From assembly GCF_006345805.1 (NCBI RefSeq), contig NC_043012.1, positions 5,642,001 through 5,706,000 of the forward strand: 64,000 bases of DNA, written 5' to 3'. The translations under genes and the position numbers were made by a program. Of this stretch, positions 12,513 through 25,989 are shown one piece after another; the stretch's first letter is position 1, and every line of letters begins with the position of its first letter. The notes under the pieces were generated by a model, which was not told the DNA's origin, did not search any database, and saw only the letters and a program-made list of their open reading frames with translations. Source of the DNA: Octopus sinensis (Eukaryota).

Positions 12513-13549
12513 ATATAAGTAAGTATGTCCCCGCACCATCGCTTGACAACCAATGTTGATGTGTTTATGTCCTCCTTAACTTAGTGGTTTGGCAAAAGAG
12601 ACCAATAGAATACATACTTACAAAGAATAATTCCTAGGGTCGGTTTGTTTGACTAAAGGTGGTGCTCCAGCATGGCTGGAGTCAAATAACTGAAACAAAT
12701 AAAAGAATAAAAGAATAAAAGAATAATGATTGGTATCGGTAACTGAGTTTTAATTGTCTTTGTGTACATTCATGCATTATATTTTTGCCAGCAGAGTGGA
12801 AGAGAGCAACATAAAATAAAATAACTTGCTCAAGGATATATTGTGCTGCTATTGTTTGTACAATTTGGTTCCTGTCACTCAACCTGTTAAGGAGAAACAG
12901 AGCCCCCAAATCTCCCTCAAATTTGTGTCATCTTAAATAAAGAAAGAACATTAAATAATTTACTTTGAGATACATCTAAACATTCAAGATGGTCATGGCT
13001 GGACTACTTTTGATTAAAGGTTTGCTTAATCAAGGTTGATCTAGGTCCAAAAAACAACTTCAGCAGAAGCACTTGAAATCTCATGAAAGAAGCCTTGAAT
13101 TTTGTCATTCAGCTTGCTAGAAAACGTAACAATATCTCTCTCAAATCACACCCAGTTCCCTTAAATGCAAGAAGGACACATTTGATAATGTAGTCCTAGA
13201 TGCACAGTGTCTGAATAGCAAAAATGAAGGTCACAGCCTTTGGTTCCTTTGATGATAGGTCAGCTTGTCCAAGGATGACCTGGTGTTAAGCAACAACAAG
13301 AACAACAACAGCAACATTGGCACTGCTACCACCACTAACAAATGGTGGGGTGGATTGTTGCAACTAAGCTTGGCACCCACGTGGCTGCACTTTCTTGCAT
13401 TATAACTGCAATTGGCGCCATATTAGCGCCAAATGACATGTATGCCACTTTGCAGGGGTCACTCAGTTGCCACTCCCTGTGTCAATCAAAATGTTGAACT
13501 TTAAACTCTGGGGTTTATAATTGGCAGGCTTGAAGTGGTAAAAAACAAT

Positions 13550-14010
13550 ATAACACACTCACACACACAACACACACACACATAAACGTATGCACAGACA
13601 CACACAAACACATATACATACACACACACACACACACATCCCACAAACATACACACTCAAACACATACAAGCACACATATACACATACATGTCACAAATG
13701 CTTGCACACACACACACACTCACACACACATCCACACTCACACACACACACTCACACACACATCCACACACACACACACTCACACACACACACTCACACA
13801 CACATCCACACTCACTCACACACACATCCACACTCACACACACACACACACTCACACACACATCCACACACACACACACTCACACACACACACTCACACA
13901 CACATCCACACTCACTCACACACACATCCACACTCACACACACACACACACACACACACATCCACACACACACACACTCACACACACACACTCACACACA
14001 CATCCACTTA
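13550..14010. repeat. (CA)n-derived compound micro/minisatellite with recurring CACATCCACACTCA variants
   Basis: Direct reading. Confidence 0.93.
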
Positions 14011-15160
14011 CCTACTGAAGTACTACCCACCCAACTGCTTTACTCAACAATTAAGGAGCTTGCCATATGCTTCCTCGGCCTGCTAGAAAGAGCAGCCAAG
14101 TCTCCATCAAATCACGCTTTACCATAATAAAAAGACGAGTGCATATTGGATAATGTTGGCCTGGGTTTTTCCACACATAAGAAAATGATGAGAGGTGGTC
14201 ATGACTGGAACCCTTTTTGATTATAGGTCTCTTTGTTTAATCAGAGTTAAGCCGGGGTTAAACAGCTATCATCTACTCCACTGCCTTTTCTGACAATTGA
14301 ATGAGCCTCTTAGTGGTTCCTTAAAACGCTAGAAATAGAAACCAAATCTCCTTCAAGTTATATTCTACTCATCATCATCATCATCATCATCATCAACATT
14401 TTAGCATCCACTTTTCTATGGGTTGGACAGGATTTTGATGAGGCAGATTTTCTACGGCTGGATGCCCTTCCTGTCACCAATCTTCTGTTTCCAGGCAAGG
14501 CACTATTTTCTCCTACGACTAGACATGTTTTCATGGAAGATTGGAAATAACAATGACACTCGTTTACAACTATCACGTGGTATCAAAGCAAGGAAATAGT
14601 AGGACACACACGCACACACACACGTCATGATTCTTTTGGTTTCCGTCTGCCAAATCCACTCACTTGGTTTTGGTCAGCTCAAAGGGTCATGCAGTGCTAC
14701 GAACGTGGAACTATGTGCCTGGCAAGCAACTTTATTATCACACAGCCATGCCAACCACATGGTTCCGGGTTCAGTCCAACTGAGTGGCATCTTGGGCAAG
14801 TGTCTTCTGCGATAGCCCCGGGCCGACCAATGCCTTGTGAGTGGATTTGGTAGACGGAAACTGAAAGAAGCCTGTCGTATATATGTATATATATATGTGT
14901 GTGTGTGTGTTTGTGTGCCTGTGTTTGTCCCCCTAGCATTGCTTGACAACCGATGCTGGTGTGTTTACGTCCCCGTCACCTGCGCCTACTGTTTTTTTTC
15001 TGTTTCTTTTTTTTTTAAGAATAAAGATCACATTAGACAACGTAGTCCTAGATAACCTTAGAAAACGCAGGGCAGTCGTGGTTAGAATGCCTTTGGTCAT
15101 AGGTGTTTGCTTAATCGAGGCTGGACAATACCAGGTCAACATATTTAGACGCCCAGCGAC

Positions 15161-15311
15161 AGAAGAAGAAGAAGAAGAAGAAGAAGAAGAAGAAGGAGAA
15201 GAAGAAAAGAAGAAGAAGAAGAAGAAAAGAAGAAGAAGAAGAAGAAGAAGAAGAAGAGAAGAAGAAGAAGAAGAAGAAGAGAAGAAGAAGAAGAAGAAGA
15301 AGAAGAAGAAG
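15161..15311. repeat. (GAA)n homopurine tract, about 150 bp
   Basis: Direct reading. Confidence 0.97.
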
Positions 15312-16183
15312 ATACATTAAGGAAAAAGGGGGAAATATCCTGGATAATGGGGTTGGGGGTGGGAGAAAAATATAATAGGTGGTCGGAAGACTCGGTGGAT
15401 CACCGGACAGACGGAGTGACATCTCTTGAGATTCAAGAATTGAAATCTCCACAAGCCTTCTTCGCCGTTAATCTTTCCAAGATCGATGAAATAAACTACC
15501 AGTCAATAAAATATATATCAGATTTGATATAAGATATAAATTGACTAAATCCTAGAAGGCGGTGCTCCAGTCTGGCCACAGTCCAATAACTAAAATCTCC
15601 ACTTAAAGAATGAAAGCTTCTTTGAATAAATTTGAGTCGCTCAATCATAGTTTAGTATCAGTTATCTCCCTTACACTTCGTAAACTCTTAAGAGTCGTTG
15701 AGTTTGTTTTAGGCTGTGATGCTTTTAAGGCCGCGGTGGAACATAGGCTCAACCTTGAGATATTACAAATCGGTTTTTCCTTAGTTTGTTTGTTTTTCAG
15801 CTATGGTCCATTAAGCCCATGTTGGAGCATACCTATACATTAAAAAAAATAATTAGAAAAACCGTTTAGTTAGCTTTAAACCGTGACAATTAGTCAAGCA
15901 TTGAAGACAATACACAAGTATGTTGGGTCTTGTATGCCTGACCTCCGACTTATTTCCTCGTAATTTCCAGAAAAATAGATATTTTATAATAAAATTTTCT
16001 ATAAATACCTTTCAGATGATGTAGATTCCGATTATATTGGAATTTTTTGTGAAAATAAAACCTTTTATAATATAACGAACTTAGTGTATACAGCGCTTCA
16101 GATGCACCGAAGCTCATCAGGGAAAAGTAACCCAAACCGCATTAAGAGTACCCAGACTATGCACAGGAAGTGAACAGGGAATA

Positions 16184-16410
16184 AGCTGGCAGAAACGGTA
16201 GCACGCCGGGCGAAATGCGTAACCGTATTTCGTCTGCCGCTACGTTCTGAGTTCAAATTCCGCCGAGGTCGACTTTGCCTTTCATCCTTTCGGGGTCGAT
16301 TAAATAAGTACCAGTTACGCACTGGATTCGATATAATCGACTTAATCCGTTTGTCTGTCCTTGTTTGTTCCCTCTGTGTTTAGCCCCATGTGGGTAGTAA
16401 AGAAATATAT
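16184..16410 (+). mobile_element. Family A SINE
   Basis: Near-identical to 1082-1310. Confidence 0.9.
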
Positions 16411-16679
16411 ATATATATATATATATATAAAACGTGGGTGGGGGGACATTAGGTGTTGTACTGGCGAGTTTCCTGAAGCATTGAAAATTTGAAAGATGTA
16501 GTGTCATGATAGCTAACAATTGATGCAGGTTGTTTATTCCATGTTTCAGCAATTCTGAGCATGAAAAAATGCTTATGTAAAGTGGTTGACGTTAGGAAGT
16601 GTATCCGGCCATAGAAATTGAGCCAAATCAGATTGGAACCTGGTGCAACTTCCCTGCTTGCCAGCTCTTGTCAAACCTA

Positions 16680-16909
16680 TTTCTTTATTACCCACAAGGG
16701 GCTAAACACAGAGGTGACAAACAAGGACAGACATAGGTATTAAGTCGATTACATCGACCCCAGTGCGTAACTGGTACTTAATTTATCGACCCCGAAAGGA
16801 TGAAAGGCAAAGTCGACCTGGGCGGAATTTGAACTCACAACGTAATGACAGACGAAATACTGCTGAGCATTTCACCCGGCGTGCTAACGTTTCTGCCAGC
16901 TCGCCGCCT
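16680..16909 (-). mobile_element. Family A SINE
   Basis: Reverse complement of the family A sequence from head to tail. Confidence 0.9.
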
Positions 16910-18210
16910 TTTCAAACCATCTAACCAATGCCAGTCAAACCATCTAACTCATGCTAGCATGGAAAACGGACGTGAAAGGATGATGATGATGATGATGAAG
17001 ATGACGATGGTGATGGGTGCTCTGTTTCTTTGCTTCTGTATGTCCACAAGTGTTAGATTGAAAAAAAAATACTTATAGAATTGTTATGTACTACACCACA
17101 TAAATACTCAACTACTGAAGAGTCCTCGTTAAAGATATCGAAAATGTACTCAAGGTTGTTGTTGGAAAGATGGTGGATAATCTCATGGGTGTCTACCAAG
17201 TCAGAAATAAAGTTGGGGGTGAGGCGTATTTGTGTAGGTAGGACTAATGTCTTCCTGGGACACAGTCTTTAGATCTTCTTTTCCCGCTTGTTTCAGTCAT
17301 TGGTCAGCAGACAAACTGGAGCACCACCTTGGAGTGTCTTGGTCGTATACATGTATACACTCAGCACTTCTGTCTCAAAGTTTGGCACTTATTTTATCAG
17401 TTCTCTTTTGCTGAACCTCTAAGTTACATGTACGTAAAGAAACCAACACTGGTTGTCAGTTGGCGGGCGTGTGCGTGACAGAAACAAAGACACACACATA
17501 CACACACATACACACACACACACACTCACACACTCACATACACATATACTTTTCTATTCAAGACACAAGGCCCGAAATTTTGGGAGAGGGGGCCAGTCGA
17601 TTAGATCGACCCAGTATGCAACTGGTACTTAATTTAAGGACCCCGAAAGGATGAAAGGCAAAGTCAGCCTCGGTGGAATTTTAACTCAGAATGTAAAGAC
17701 AGATGAAACACAGCTAAGCATTTCGCCCGGTATGCTAACATTTCTGCCAGCTCGCCACATACACACATACACTCACGCACACAATAGGCTTCCCACAGTT
17801 TCCATTTGCCAAATTCACTCACAAAGCACTGGTTAACTCAAGGCTTTAGTAGATGCCACTTGTCCAAGATGCCATGCAGTGGGATTGAACCTGAAACCAC
17901 ATGGTTACCAGGTCCTTCCATGTTGCAGTGAAGTTAGCAGCTTGTGTATCTCAATGGCCCTGAGAGGTATACCAGACTAATGTGGATCTGTATCATAAAA
18001 ATTGTTCAAAAACAATTATTCAAAAAACAGTTATTTGAAAAACAGTCATTTGAATTAGCAATTTAATGAAAGGAAATTATTCTAATTGACGACCGATTGA
18101 ACTGTTTGCTGATTTGAACACGCGTCAGTGCTAGATATATTACCAAAAAGTGAAAGAGAGAAAATACTTTGCACCTGCTGATTTACCTGGAATTTATATA
18201 TCCTTTAAAG

Positions 18211-20410
18211 ATGGCTGGATATATTGATGGTGAAAAAGGTAAGCCCATGCTCAAAATTGCACAAGGCAAACCCATGCACAAAATTGAGAGTTTTGTATTT
18301 GTAAAAGATAAGCAAATAGGCGCAGGAGTGGCTGTGTGGTAAGTAGCTTGCTAACCAACCACATGGTTCCAGGTTCAGTCCCACTGCGTGGCATCTTGGG
18401 CAAGTGTCTTCTGCTATAGCCCCAGGCCAACCAACCAATGCCTTGTGAGTGGATTTGGTGCTCAAAATTGCACAAGGCAAACCCATGCACAAAATTGAGA
18501 GTTTTGTATTTGTAAAAGATAAGCAAATAGGCGCAGGAGTGGCTGTGTGGTAAGTAGCTTGCTAACCAACCACATGGTTCCAGGTTCAGTCCCACTGCGT
18601 GGCATCTTGGGCAAGTGTCTTCTGCTATAGCCCCAGGCCAACCAACCAATGCCTTGTGAGTGGATTTGGTGCTCAAAATTGCACAAGGCAACCCATGCAC
18701 AAAATGAGAGTTTTGTATTTGTAAAAGATAAGCAAATAGGCGCAGGAGTGGCTGTGTGGTAAGTAGCTTGCTAACCAACCACATGGTTCCAGGTTCAGTC
18801 CCACTGCGTGGCATCTTGGGCAAGTGTCTTCTGCTATAGCCCCAGGCCAACCAACCAATGCCTTGTGAGTGGATTTGGTAGACAGAAACTGAAAGAAGCC
18901 TGTCGTATATATGTATATATATATATATGTGTGTGTGTATGTGTGTGTGTTTGTGTGTGTGTGTTTGTCCCCCTAGCATTGCTTGACAACTGATGATAGA
19001 ATAAGTACTGGGCTTACAAAGAATAAGTCCCGGGGTCGAGTTGCTTGACTAAAGGTGGTGCTCCAGCATGGCCACAGTCAACTGACTGATACAAGTAAAA
19101 GAGTAAGAGTAAGAGTAAATTGGAACCAAAATATATTGGAAGTGCAATAAGTTTGCATTGTATTGTAATGATGGTGAAGTGGTTAAAATTTCTCGTGGAC
19201 ATAATCATTCTGGTGATTCCGTAAACATCAACGTGTGTACTTATATGAAGAGAGTAAAATAAGATGCTAAAGAAAGCCATGATTCCCTGCATTTTATAAT
19301 TTCTACTGTTGCCTCGCAGTTAAGTGAAAACGTAACGCCAGCTTTACCAGCAATAAGCTCTATAAAAAGGACTATTCACAATGTAAGACAAAAGGTGAGA
19401 TCCGGCTTGGCTAATCCTATTCATGGAAGAGAATTGTTTTCACTGATGAACAGACAAAACGTAATAAAGGGGAGCAAATTTCGCTATATGATTCAGGTCC
19501 CGGAGATAACAGAAAGCTCATTTTTGCAACTCAGGATAATTTGAGTATACTTGCATCAAGTGAACACTTACAAGTGGATGGAATATTTAAAACTGTACAT
19601 CAACTATTTAAACAATTATATACAGTACATGCTGTTAAGAATAACTTTACAATTCCGAGAGTTCATGCCTTACTTCCAGATAAGAATGCTGACACTTATA
19701 GAAAATTGTTTGCTAAAATGAAGTTAAGTTTTCTTAACTTAACAAGTTACGACTATAACGTCAGATTTTGAGCTTGCCACTATAACAGATGTTAAAGAAT
19801 TCAGCACTGCTTCTTTACATTATGGATGTCTTTTTCACTTGGGTCAGTGCCTCTATCAAAGAATTTGTGAGTCTGGTCTCAAAGTAAATTATGATACCAA
19901 TTCCGAGTTTGCTTTAAGCATTCAAATGCTGTTAGCCCTAGCCTTTTTCACTGTAGATAAAGTTGTTGAATCATTTGAGACTTTATTAGATTCCAATATA
20001 TATACTTCAATAGTGAATCCTATTCTGGATTATTTTGAAGATGTGTGGATTGGTCATCCTTCAAGATGTCACAGACGAAGTCCTACATTGGAGATATCTT
20101 TGTGGTTTTGTTTTGAAAGAGTCAATGCTGGTTTACCAAGAACTAACAATGCCTTTGAAGGATGGCTTAGAGATTTTTTACAGCAAGTGTCATCCTATCA
20201 TCCTACAATATGGAAATTCATAGACGCTATTAAAAGGGAACAGGACTTGCAAGAAATTAATATTGCAAACATAAGATCAGGATGCCAAAATATCAAGAGC
20301 GCCAAAAAATACCGAGACACAAATTAAAGACTCAAGAAATTAGTGGCATCCTTTAACGAGTACTCTTCAGTAGTTGAGTATTTATGTGGTGTAGCACATA
20401 ACAATTCTAT
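18211..20410 (+). pseudogene. MULE transposase pseudogene with N-terminal FLYWCH-like zinc finger, interrupted by a SINE
   Basis: Pieces read KPM..FVFVKDKQI|GTKIYWKC...GHNH; DGIFKTVHQLFKQLYTVH; TSDFELA; GCLFHLGQ; RTNNAFEGW; HPTIWKFI. Contains stops and frameshifts. Confidence 0.9.
18248..18879 (+). repeat. Tandem triplication of an about 211-bp unit (MULE 5' coding piece plus family B SINE head)
   Basis: Units start at 18248, 18459 and 18670 and are almost identical; the SINE body continues only after the third unit, to about 19095. Confidence 0.95.
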
Positions 20411-20670
20411 AAGTAATTTCTTTTCAATCAGTACAAATATAGATAAATGTTTATTAAATAAATATCATTTGTGTACTTGATTTTTAATTCTATCATTTTT
20501 GTTTAAATAAAATAAAATATTTAGAATTGTTAATATTTCGTATGATTGTCCTTTTAAATAATTTTCATTCATACAATTTTCCATTCGAATAAATGTTTTT
20601 TAAATAATTGTTTTTGAATAATTGTTTGAAAACAATTATTTTCGAACAATGTTCACATAATCTGTGGATC

Positions 20671-21060
20671 ACCACTTCTCAATTGTAAAAATGATCTGCA
20701 CAGTGCCAACATCCCAACCAAGAAAAACAGCAAGGTTACAGAAGCACTGAAGTCAATTCAAAACCAACAAGACTTGGGAGAGGAAATCTTTCCCTTCGGA
20801 AAACATATGATGCAGTGGAGCAAAATCTGCAAGCCATTCTACATTATATACCAGGCCCTGACCTGGAACCCACAAGGGAGGCAGAAAAAAAGATGCCCCT
20901 AAAAAATAGCTGATGGTGGGATACTGAGGTAGAAATAAAAAATTTAAAAAAACGGATCCAACAGGATGGAAGCAGAAAAAAGACAACTCAGAGTCAAGAG
21001 CAGTGGAAGACAAACATCAATAGCCTCTGCTCCATAGGGAACAGTGAGCTTAAGCCTTTA
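20671..21060 (+). mobile_element. Decayed RTE-like LINE 3' end, probably the MULE insertion target
   Basis: YQALTWNPQGRQK.R motif and a ..LCSIG-type terminus. Confidence 0.6.
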
Positions 21061-21689
21061 GAATTTTAATTGGCCATATTTGGCCAAAATATTCTACCTG
21101 TTTTATGTTCAAACTGACCAATCCTGCAATAGTATCTAAAAATTAAAAGTTACCTCATCAAAATCTCAAAGCTACAAGATAATCTTTTCTACTAAAGGCA
21201 CAAGGCTCGGAATTTTGGGGGCAGGGGACTAGCTGATTAGATCGACCCCAGTGTGTCACTGGTATTTAAGTTATCGATCTTGGCAGAATTTGAACTCAGA
21301 ACGTAAAGACAGATGAAATGTCGCTAAGCATTTTGTCCAACATGCTAATGAGTCTGTAAGCTCGTCACCATAATAATAATAATAATCCTTTCTGCTATAG
21401 GCACAAGGCCTGAAATTTTGGTGGAGGGGGCCAATCAATTACATCAACCCCAGTGTTTCACTGGTACTTAGTTTATTGACCCTGAAAGGATGAAAGGCAA
21501 AGCCGACCTCGGCAGAATTTGAACTCAGAACATAAGGACGAATTAAATGCCGCTAAGCATTTTATCTTGTGTACTACTGATTCAGCCATTTTTCCGCCTT
21601 CAAAGCTACAAGATTAATGCATGATTAATTCAAAACAATGTAACGAAATAAGTATTACATTCGACAAAATATTATGAATGCTACAGGGT

Positions 21690-21910
21690 TAAATACGTAA
21701 GTAGGAGGACATTTGTTGAGGGATGCTTGTGTTTAAGAGGAAGAATGTAATGTCATGGTGTTTTATTGATATAAGTGTTTGTGTTCTTTTGTTGGTGAAA
21801 GAAACAAGATTGGCCAAGTCCCATTGGAGGATGCTTCTCAGGTCTTTGTTCATAAAGATCAGTGTAGTTATGTTTGCTGTGTCATTGAAAGTGGTGGACA
21901 ATATTTTTCT
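21690..21910 (-). mobile_element. Possible Penelope-like RT/endonuclease linker remnant
   Basis: LSTTFNDTANI...NK.LRSILQ.D...LISIK resembles the PLE linker pattern; highly decayed. Confidence 0.4.
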
Positions 21911-22157
21911 ATCCTGGTAGTTTGTTTTCCAGGTGATTAATCAGAGACATTAGACAGCAGGGAATCTAGATATCCTTTGATAATATCGGGGAATAGGATG
22001 TTCTTGTCGTTGTTGTTGTTATTGTTTAGCACCAGATTAACCCTGAACAAACAGAACTATGAGCAAAGCTATTGCTGTCATAACAAACAAATCTTTATTC
22101 TTCCTGCCTATATCTGTCTGTCTGTCTGTCTGCCTGTCTGTCTGTCTGCCTGTCTGC

Positions 22158-22196
<39 letters not shown>

Positions 22197-22200
22197 TCTA

Positions 22201-22236
<36 letters not shown>

Positions 22237-22252
22237 CCTATCTATCTATCTA

Positions 22253-22351
<99 letters not shown>

Positions 22352-22391
22352 GTCTTTCTGTCTGTCTATCTATCTGTCTGTCTGTCTGTCT

Positions 22392-23151
22392 ATCTAGCTA
22401 CCTATTTGTCTGTCTGTCTGTCTGTCTATCTATCTGTCTGTCTGTCTGTGTGTGTGTATGTATGTATGTATGTATGTATGTATGTATGTCTGTATGTATT
22501 TATATATCATCATCATCATCATCATCATCATCGTTTAACGTCCGCTTTCCATGCTAGCATGGGTTGGACGGTTCAACTGGGGTCTGGGAAGCCCGAAGGC
22601 TGCACCAGGCCAGTCAGATCTGGCAGTGTTTCTACAGCTGGATGCCCTTCCTAACGCCAACCACTCCGAGAGTGTAGTGGGTGATTTTATGTGCCACCGA
22701 CACAGGTGCCAGACGAGGCTGGCAAACGGCCATGCTCGGATGGTGTTTTTTATGTGCCACCGACACAGGTGCCAGACGAGGCTGGCAAACGGCCACACTC
22801 GGATGGTGTTTTTTTTATGTGCCACCGACACAGGTGCCAGACGAGGCTGGCGAACGGCCATGCTCGGATGGTGTTTTTTATGTGCCACCGACACAGGTGC
22901 CAGACGAGGCTGGCGAACGGCCATGCTCGGATGGTGTTTTTTATGTGCCACCGACACAGGTGCCAGACGAGGCTGGCGAACGGCCATGCTCGGATGGTGT
23001 TTTTTATGTGCCACCGACACAGGTGCCAGACGAGGCTGGCGAACGGCCATGCTCGGATGGTGTTTGTTACGTGCCCACAGCACGGAGGCCAGTCGATGCG
23101 GTACTGGCTACAACCACGTTCGGATGGTTTTCTATCTTTCAATCTATCTAT

Positions 23152-23229
<78 letters not shown>

Positions 23230-23253
23230 TCTATCTATCTATCTATCTATCTA

Positions 23254-23297
<44 letters not shown>

Positions 23298-23370
23298 CTA
23301 TCTATCTATCTCTCTGTCTGTCTATCTATCTCTCTATCTATCTATCTATCTATTTATCTATCTATCTATC

Positions 23371-23402
<32 letters not shown>

Positions 23403-23997
23403 GTCTGTCTATCTATCTAGCTACCTATTTGTCTGTCTGTCTGTCTGTCTATCTATCTGTCTGTCTGTCTGTGTGTGTGTATGTATGTATGTATGTCTGT
23501 ATGTATTTATATATCATCATCATCATCATCATCATCGTTTAACGTCCGCTTTCCATGCTAGCATGGGTTGGACGGTTCAACTGGGGTCTGGGGAGACCGA
23601 AGGCTGCACCAGGCCAGTCAGATCTGGCAGTGTTTCTACAGCTGGATGCCCTTCCTAACGCCAACCACTCCGAGAGTGTAGTGGGTGATTTTATGTGCCA
23701 CTGACACAGGTGCCAGACGAGGCTGGCGAACGGCCACGCTCGGATGGTGTTTTTTATGTGCCACCGACACAGTGCCAGACGAGGCTGGCGAACGGCCACG
23801 ATCGGATGGTGTTTGTTACGTGCCCACAGCACGGAGGCCAGTCGATGCGGTACTGGCTACGGCCACGTTCGGATGGTTTTCTATCTTTCAATCTATCTAT
23901 TTATCTATCTATCTATCTCTATCTATCTATCATCTATCTATCTATCTGTCTGTCTGCTATCTATCTATCATCTATCTATCTATCTATCTACTATCTA

Positions 23998-24029
<32 letters not shown>

Positions 24030-24077
24030 TCTATCTACTATCTATCTATCTGTCTGTCTGTCTATCTATTATCTATC

Positions 24078-24134
<57 letters not shown>

Positions 24135-24190
24135 GTCTGTTATCTATCGATCTATCTATCTATCTGTCTATCTATCTATCTATGTCTGTC
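22392..24190. repeat. About 1-kb tandem duplication: (CTAT/CTGT)n plus a minus-strand family E element
   Basis: ATCTAGCTACCTATTTGTCTG...(CAT)nCGTTTAACGTCCGC...CGTTCGGATGGTTTTCTATCTTTCAATC occurs from about 22392 and again from about 23417. The copies carry 6 and 2 internal about 63-bp units respectively. Confidence 0.9.
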
Positions 24191-24338
24191 TCTCTCTCTC
24201 TTTCTTTCCCTCTCTTTATCTGTATATCTACCTACCTCTCTAACTTTCTTTTTATCTCTGTGTCTATCTCTCTCTCACTCTCAATCACTCTCTCTCTCTC
24301 TGTCACTCTCTCTACCTATCTATCTGTCTGTTTGTCAT

Positions 24339-24369
<31 letters not shown>

Positions 24370-24388
24370 CTCTCTCCCTTCCTCCCTC

Positions 24389-24460
<72 letters not shown>

Positions 24461-24552
24461 CTTTCTCCCCCCTCTTCTCTGTATATTTACCAACCTATCT
24501 ATTTATCGCTCTGTCTATCTCTCTCTCACTCTCTGTCTGTCTGTATCTCTCA

Positions 24553-24590
<38 letters not shown>

Positions 24591-24758
24591 TTCTATCTTT
24601 CTATCTTATTTTATACTATATATCTATATACCTTTTACATTTAAGATGGTAGAGCGTGATTTGAGGCCAATTTGATTGCTGTTTCTAGTAGATCAAGCAA
24701 TCACATAGGTGGCTGTCTTTATTCACTCATTTTGTCATTCTGTTGCTGCTGCTGCTGC

Positions 24759-24789
<31 letters not shown>

Positions 24790-25791
24790 GCTCTGTAAGA
24801 TTGGATTTTGCCAATAGTTGTTGGATCAGTGAATTGCTGAAAGTTGCCTTCTACCTTGATTACAATTCTTTCTTTCCTCAGCTGCTTTGTTTTTGAGGAA
24901 GAAACATTGGAGAGAAGTGCCAGAAAATATGCTTCAGTGGTGGTAGAGGTGGTAGTAGTAGTGGTGGTGGTGGTGGTGGTGATTGCAGTTATGTTGGTGA
25001 TGGCAGTGGTGACGGTGGTGATGGTGGTGGTGACGGTAGTGGTGAAGGTGGCAGTGGCGATGGGGGTGATGGTGGTAGTGATAGTGGTGGTTGTAGTGGT
25101 GGTGGTGGTGGGGATAACTTTCGTTCAGTTCCTTATCTTTTCCCTTCCTGTTTCTTTTTCTTCTGCAGTTACAGAATCATTGGCTGTTTTTTTATTCTTT
25201 TACCAATTCTAATCCATTCAGATGAGCAAAGGATTTTGAAATCTTTCATTATTTCTTTATTAGTTTTTGTACATTAAAAAAAAAAGCACATCAGAAGAGA
25301 TTGTGCCTCATATTAAAATAACTATATTATCAGATTACTAACGAATAATACTAATTTATTTACAAATATCAAAGAATATTTATTTTTAGTTAACAAAAAT
25401 CAAAAAAAGTCTAAACCAAAAAGGAAGCTTCAAAGAGGCAGGTGTGGCTCTGTGGCTCTGTGGCTCTGGGGTTGTGTAGTTTGCTTCTCAATCCCATGGT
25501 TCTGAGTTCAGTTCCACTACTTGGAACCTTAGGCAGGTGTCTTCTGCTACAGCCCTGAGACAACGAAAGCCTTGTAAGTGGTTTTGACGGTTTGAAACTG
25601 AGAGAGGTCAATCATGTGTATATTCTCTTATCTTTCGTTTATTTGTTTCAGTCATTTAACTGTGGCCATGCTGGAGCACTGCTTTTGGTCGAACAAATCA
25701 ACCCCAGGACTTACTCTTTGTAAGCCTAGTACTTATTCCATCCTTTGTCTTCCATCCTTTTGGAGATGATAAAATACACACACACACACAC

Positions 25792-25831
<40 letters not shown>

Positions 25832-25989
25832 ACACACATGCACAGAATGTGACAAGGCTGGCCCCTTGAATTACTGGTACAACATACTTTTGTCAGTTGA
25901 GTGGACTGGAGTAGCAGGAAATGAAGTGTCTTGCTCAAGGACACAATGCCTTGACAGGTATTGAACTCACGATCTTACAAACTCAAGCC

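Larger units (their letters stand above)
17989..20662 (+). mobile_element. Full-length fossil Mutator-like (MULE) DNA transposon
   Basis: Direct repeat TGTGGATC at 17981-88 and 20663-70 (putative TSD). Imperfect TIRs are built of about 15-bp AAAACAATTATT subrepeats. Contains an internal transposase pseudogene. Confidence 0.85.

Noticed and set aside
16088-16128. Minus-strand CTGATGAG as another hammerhead
   Set aside because: No convincing stem II or GAAA follows it.
21977-24652. Cluster of 180-325-aa ORFs with repeated [11 protein letters not shown] motifs
   Set aside because: These are read-throughs of the family E VNTR and (CTAT)n repeats, which lack stops in several frames.
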